A stretch of DNA of 64,000 bases. Source: Candidatus Enterousia sp. GTDB taxonomy: Bacteria > Pseudomonadota > Alphaproteobacteria > Rs-D84. The position numbers and the translations under genes are program-made. Shown here piece after piece: positions 60,692-64,000 of this stretch; within the stretch, counting starts at the first letter, position 1; every line of letters starts with the position of its first letter. Under the pieces are notes generated by a model. The model was not told the origin of the DNA. It did no database searches and saw only the letters and a list, made by a program, of their open reading frames with translations. The DNA lies in NCBI GenBank assembly GCA_045606425.1, contig JAZURV010000002.1, forward strand, positions 22,706-86,705. Direction: 5' to 3'.

Positions 60692-61096
60692 ATGTACACA
60701 AAAATAGAAGCAGAATTAAACGCAATCACTGATAATTTGGAATCAGAATTAAAGGCTGCCAACGCAATCGACAAAGAAGGTCGCGCGACAGACATAAAAA
60801 AATTCAATGAAATCATTGACGATAAAATCGCACAGTGTAATGCGGTATTGGCAACAACAGAACGCGACGGCGTCACAATCAACAGATACGGGGCAAACCT
60901 GGCGTTCAATCGAATTGCAATATTGGAAAAAGCGAAAAAGAACGGCACATTGAATGCAGACGCCATATGGTTTGAACATTCAGAAGAAAAAGCAATTACA
61001 GATGCAGACAAACCAAGTGCTTTCCGTGCAGGAATCAGAAGATTGTTTGAAAAAATTGGATTTAAAACAAAATCCGTACAAACAAAAAACAGATAA
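60692..61096 (+). CDS. Hypothetical protein
   Basis: 134-aa ORF with RBS and downstream terminator. Confidence 0.6.
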   Translation: MYTKIEAELNAITDNLESELKAANAIDKEGRATDIKKFNEIIDDKIAQCNAVLATTERDGVTINRYGANLAFNRIAILEKAKKNGTLNADAIWFEHSEEKAITDADKPSAFRAGIRRLFEKIGFKTKSVQTKNR

Positions 61097-61097
61097 T

Positions 61098-61129
61098 AAA
61101 AAACGCCGCCGAATGGCGGTGTTTTTTTT
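61098..61129. terminator. Bidirectional intrinsic terminator ending the RT gene
   Basis: AAAAAACGCCGCC-GAAT-GGCGGTGTTTTTTT. Confidence 0.8.
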
Positions 61130-62147
61130 ACAAATTTGTTTTCAAGAAAACAAACATCTTTGGCGTGGAATCTTTTGCGATACGAAAAAAATGATTCCGA
61201 TAATTAAATGTGCACGCCCATTTCAGCCACCCGTGTGCGGCGGCGATTTGACTGACTGCATGGTCACTGAAATCACGATGTAATATTATATTCATCAGTC
61301 TTTTTTTGATTTTCATGGCAGATTGTTTTCGTAATTTCAGATATTTTTTGAAATGTCGGTACCCAATAAAAGGAACACCACATTTTGTCTGGCGCAGAAT
61401 GGATTTAGACAACACCAGGTTCAGATTTTCTTTCACAAAGATTTCTATTTGCGTGGCTGCGTTTTTTAATTCGTCTTTGTTGTTGCCATACAGACAGAAA
61501 TCATCGCAATATCTTATATAATCGCGCCAATGCAAATGTTGTTTTACAAACATATCTAATTCGTTCAAAAACACATTGCCCAACCATTGTGATGTTAAAT
61601 TTCCAATTGGCAAATTTTTACCACCACCGACCGAAAAAATTATTTCGTGCAATATACGCAACATACGACGGTCGTGAATTTTTTTTGCGACGATGCGCAT
61701 TAAAATATCATGACTGATTGACGGGTAAAATTTACGGATATCGCATTGCAGGACATATTTGTTTCGTCGCACGAAATGCATAGTCCGACTGGACGCGGCA
61801 TGCAATCCGCGACCGGGAATACATGCGTATGAATCATAAATAAACAAACGTTGCCATATTGGCCCCAGGATATTTATAATTGCATGATGCAGAATATGGT
61901 CTGGGTACAATGGCAAATTATATATAACGCGCAGTTTTGGTTCACGAATGGTAAATGTTTTATATTGCGATGTTCGAAAACGTCCAGACATAACATCGTT
62001 GCGCAGTTTTTGTAATAATGCGTCGCGATTTTTCAAGAATTTTTGCACTGCCCGGCGGGATTTTTTACTGCGCACGGCTTTTTTTGCGGCCAAATCGAAA
62101 TTTTCCACAGATATAAATTCATCCCAAAGATTTTTATATGTTTTCAT
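61128..62147 (-). CDS. DGR reverse transcriptase
   Basis: CDIRKFYPSI, LPIGNLTSQ (DGR-type GxxxSQ), YIRYCDDF. About 340 aa with no endonuclease domain; start reassigned to MKTYKNLWD. Confidence 0.92.
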   Translation of the reverse strand: MKTYKNLWDEFISVENFDLAAKKAVRSKKSRRAVQKFLKNRDALLQKLRNDVMSGRFRTSQYKTFTIREPKLRVIYNLPLYPDHILHHAIINILGPIWQRLFIYDSYACIPGRGLHAASSRTMHFVRRNKYVLQCDIRKFYPSISHDILMRIVAKKIHDRRMLRILHEIIFSVGGGKNLPIGNLTSQWLGNVFLNELDMFVKQHLHWRDYIRYCDDFCLYGNNKDELKNAATQIEIFVKENLNLVLSKSILRQTKCGVPFIGYRHFKKYLKLRKQSAMKIKKRLMNIILHRDFSDHAVSQIAAAHGWLKWACTFNYRNHFFRIAKDSTPKMFVFLKTNL

Positions 62148-62160
62148 CAGTTTACAGTTT

Positions 62161-62472
62161 TCAAGCATTCAAATAATCAAACATATCGTCCCATTTTGGG
62201 TTTACGGATTCAATCAATTCTATTTTTCTTTTACGCGCCCATGATTTGATTTGCTTTTCACGCAATATCGCGTATTCTGGATTTTCGAAAATTTCCATAT
62301 ACACCAATTTATTTACATTATAGCGCGCGGTAAAACTGTCTTTGTTCATGTGGGTTTTATGTTCCACAGAACGGCGTGCAATATCGTTTGTAACACCGGT
62401 ATAAATCGTGCCATTTTTTCCAGATGCCATTATATAAACATAGTATTTATAAGGTTCATGGTAATATTTCAT
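62161..62472 (-). CDS. GIY-YIG nuclease
   Basis: YYVYIMASGKNGTIYTGVTNDIARR..EH...AILREKQIKSW.RK.KIELI...NPKW. Confidence 0.9.
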   Translation of the reverse strand: MKYYHEPYKYYVYIMASGKNGTIYTGVTNDIARRSVEHKTHMNKDSFTARYNVNKLVYMEIFENPEYAILREKQIKSWARKRKIELIESVNPKWDDMFDYLNA

Positions 62473-62520
62473 AAATGCAATGATAATGTTTGTTGGCAAA
62501 TAAGCAAGAATAAAAGCACA

Positions 62521-62730
62521 GTGTCATTGCGAGGAACAAAATTGGCAACCAAGCCTGCTGTTGTCAATTTTGTGACGTGGCAACCCAGGTTATCAGAGCC
62601 GTTGGCGCAGCCAACACTGATTGATAATAAAGTGTCGGCGTTGCCGACAACACTAATCATCTGGATTACCACGTCGGCGCACCAGGCTTTGCGTTGCACG
62701 CAAATTTGGCGCGCCTCCTCGTAATGACAC
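62521..62730. repeat. 210-bp palindromic element with 15-bp terminal inverted repeats
   Basis: GTGTCATTGCGAGGA (62521) / TCCTCGTAATGACAC (62716), 14/15 match; internal IR GACGTGGCAACCC / GGATTACCACGTC. Confidence 0.75.
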
Positions 62731-62748
62731 CAGCGGCGTCTGGTGGTC

Positions 62749-62882
62749 CCGCCCCAATGGGGCGGCACCAGCGGTGTCGACCACCACGGGGCGGGACACC
62801 CGCCCCATGGCCCCACCCGTACGGCCTGACGCGTTTGTTACGCGTCAGGCTGACACGGCGCGTGACACCGATGGTGTCACGC
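62749..62882. promoter_or_regulatory. GC-rich hairpin/cruciform cluster downstream of the VR (IMH-associated)
   Basis: Perfect stems at 62860-62882 (10 bp), 62824-62850 (11 bp), 62788-62806 (8 bp) and 62749-62765 (7 bp). Confidence 0.75.
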
Positions 62883-62887
62883 TGACA

Positions 62888-63340
62888 TCAATGGCGCACA
62901 GAGCCGAACAAGCCCCCCCGCAGGGCGGAGTAGTGCTGGGCGTAGTAGCCGCAGTAGAACGCACAATTCCCGGCACACTCGCCAGCCGAAGAGAACGAGC
63001 CGGCGAACACCCAAGGCGAAACCGCAGGATGTGTCATTTTACACCAACAATGTTGCCCATTTGTTTCGCCACCAACAACTGGTTCATTATTGTCATGCAA
63101 ATCCGCCACATATCCACCAATCGATTTGCCGTTCGCACTGCTTAAACACGCGCTGATTCCGCGAATCGTTCCATATGGGAATGTTGCCCACCATGTCGAA
63201 TTTGCCTGGTCGTACCCGTAATTTGTGCCATTTATCCCCGGGTCTAAAACAATTGTCGTTGCATCGTTTTTCGCGCACATCGTTGCACCAATCGATGCAG
63301 ATGTTATCATCGACATTATCAACATACTTAGTTTTTTCAT
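62888..63340 (-). CDS. DGR target: small secreted Cys-rich protein with C-terminal VR
   Basis: Signal peptide; CWCKMTHP..SPWVF...CAGNCAFYCG. 3' end is GC-rich with NNC codons and matches 63980-64000. Confidence 0.8.
   Translation of the reverse strand: MKKLSMLIMSMITSASIGATMCAKNDATTIVLDPGINGTNYGYDQANSTWWATFPYGTIRGISACLSSANGKSIGGYVADLHDNNEPVVGGETNGQHCWCKMTHPAVSPWVFAGSFSSAGECAGNCAFYCGYYAQHYSALRGGLFGSVRH
62896..63020 (-). repeat. Variable repeat (VR) with IMH
   Basis: 62896-62916 is identical to 63980-64000. The upstream boundary is estimated from the GC/NNC codon shift. Confidence 0.7.
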
Positions 63341-63393
63341 GTTTTTTCTCCTTTTTTTGTTTGTTTCTTTGCCCGCCCCACGGGGCGGAACCG

Positions 63394-63726
63394 TTATGAA
63401 AATGAAAAATATTTATCTATTTTCACAACGGTTGTATAAAACGGTATCTGTTTTTTTTCATTCGCCATCCGTATTTGGTCTATTAAAACGCTGCTGCCAG
63501 AAAACAGAATGCAAACTTCGCCATTCAATAAAAACTGCATCTGTAAACAGTCTGTTCCTTCGCGTCGTTTCGATTTTTTTACTTTGAAATCTATGACCAA
63601 TATTTCTTTGTTCAAAATTTCGTTTAAATGCTTCTTTTGCCCCGGCATCGGAATCTGGTCCTGGGCAAATATCGCGAATTTTGGACAATCTGTGCTGTTC
63701 AATGTTTTTATTTCATCCAATGTCAT
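63394..63726 (-). CDS. DGR accessory protein (beta-rich, not Avd-like)
   Basis: ILNKEILVIDFKV...LQMQF...ILFSGSSVLIDQI...PFYTTVVK; lies between the spacer RNA and the target. Confidence 0.6.
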   Translation of the reverse strand: MTLDEIKTLNSTDCPKFAIFAQDQIPMPGQKKHLNEILNKEILVIDFKVKKSKRREGTDCLQMQFLLNGEVCILFSGSSVLIDQIRMANEKKQIPFYTTVVKIDKYFSFS

Positions 63727-63747
63727 GTTTTTCCTTTTGTTTTAATT

Positions 63748-63979
63748 GAATGTCCGGGGGTTCGTCACGATACAGAACAAAACTACTGCCCCAGACATTC
63801 CCTGCGCTATTTATTTGTCATTGGCTTTCGCCGCCGAGTATCAGGTTGCACCGTCCCACCTTTGATGTAAAGGCATTCAAACAGATGCGTTTTTCGTCAC
63901 ATCTGAAAAGTGTTTAACACTTTGTCCCACAGGTTGGCCAAACTTGTTTTCTTTGACAAGTTGTACCTTTGCCAAAGGA
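63748..63979 (-). ncRNA. DGR spacer RNA (3' of TR)
   Basis: Non-coding. CCTTT-GGC-AAAGG hairpin, GGC-GAAA-GCC tetraloop, and long stem GAATGTCTGGGG..CAGTAG...CGAA..CCCCGGACATTC (63748-63800). Confidence 0.6.
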
Positions 63980-64000
63980 GCACAGAGCCGAACAAGCCCC
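63980..64000 (-). repeat. 3' end of probable template repeat (TR), continues beyond window
   Basis: 21/21 identity to the VR 3' end, diverging exactly before the target stop (IMH vs IMH*). Confidence 0.7.

Larger units (their letters stand above)
61128..64000 (-). mobile_element. Diversity-generating retroelement (TR truncated by window edge)
   Basis: RT, target with VR, hairpins, accessory gene, spacer RNA and 21-bp TR/VR identity. Confidence 0.85.

Noticed and set aside
61128-62147. RT as a group II intron, retron or Abi RT
   Set aside because: It has the GxxxSQ motif rather than PQG, is short, lacks intron domain V/VI and the retron VTG motif, and has a linked VR/TR pair.
62469-63145. 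ORFs 62469..62816, 62694..62885 and 62774..63145
   Set aside because: They arise from GC-rich palindromes or are antisense to the target gene; no recognisable protein features.
63897-63979. Peptide SLANLWDKVLN resembling an RT N-terminus
   Set aside because: It is very short, ends at a stop codon and has no start/RBS; the region is better explained as spacer RNA.

Overview
Chromosomal window from an AT-rich, host-associated alphaproteobacterium. Gene content (lpxI, bamA, recG, dispersed virB genes, secreted Cys-rich/LRR families) suggests an uncultured gut lineage such as order Rs-D84; this assignment is an inference. (1) 1-11340 is the right part of a tyrosine-integrase element resembling a phage satellite. 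It carries xis, a rep-like HTH with iterons, a terS-like gene and defence-type cargo, and ends at a tRNA-Asn fragment. (2) 11.9-42 kb holds accessory surface proteins and housekeeping genes (ackA, recG, frr-uppS-cdsA-rseP-bamA), tRNA-Lys/His/Ala, and two BspA-like LRR genes preceded by a shared, covarying C4-antisense-like leader. (3) 42.4-56.5 kb is a compact, apparently domesticated BPP-1/T7-like podovirus head-tail cluster with no integrase or phage replication genes. Its large terminase is cleanly split in two by an antisense dnaB-XRE-hypothetical block, making it a candidate new gene transfer agent. (4) 61.1-64 kb is a diversity-generating retroelement. It comprises a DGR-type RT, an inserted GIY-YIG nuclease with a palindromic element, a small secreted Cys-rich target that does not look like CLec or Ig, a non-Avd accessory gene, a structured spacer RNA, and the first 21 bp of the probable template repeat at the window edge. 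Note: the ORF track labels 59697..60656 (VirB11) as minus strand, but the sequence shows it on the plus strand.
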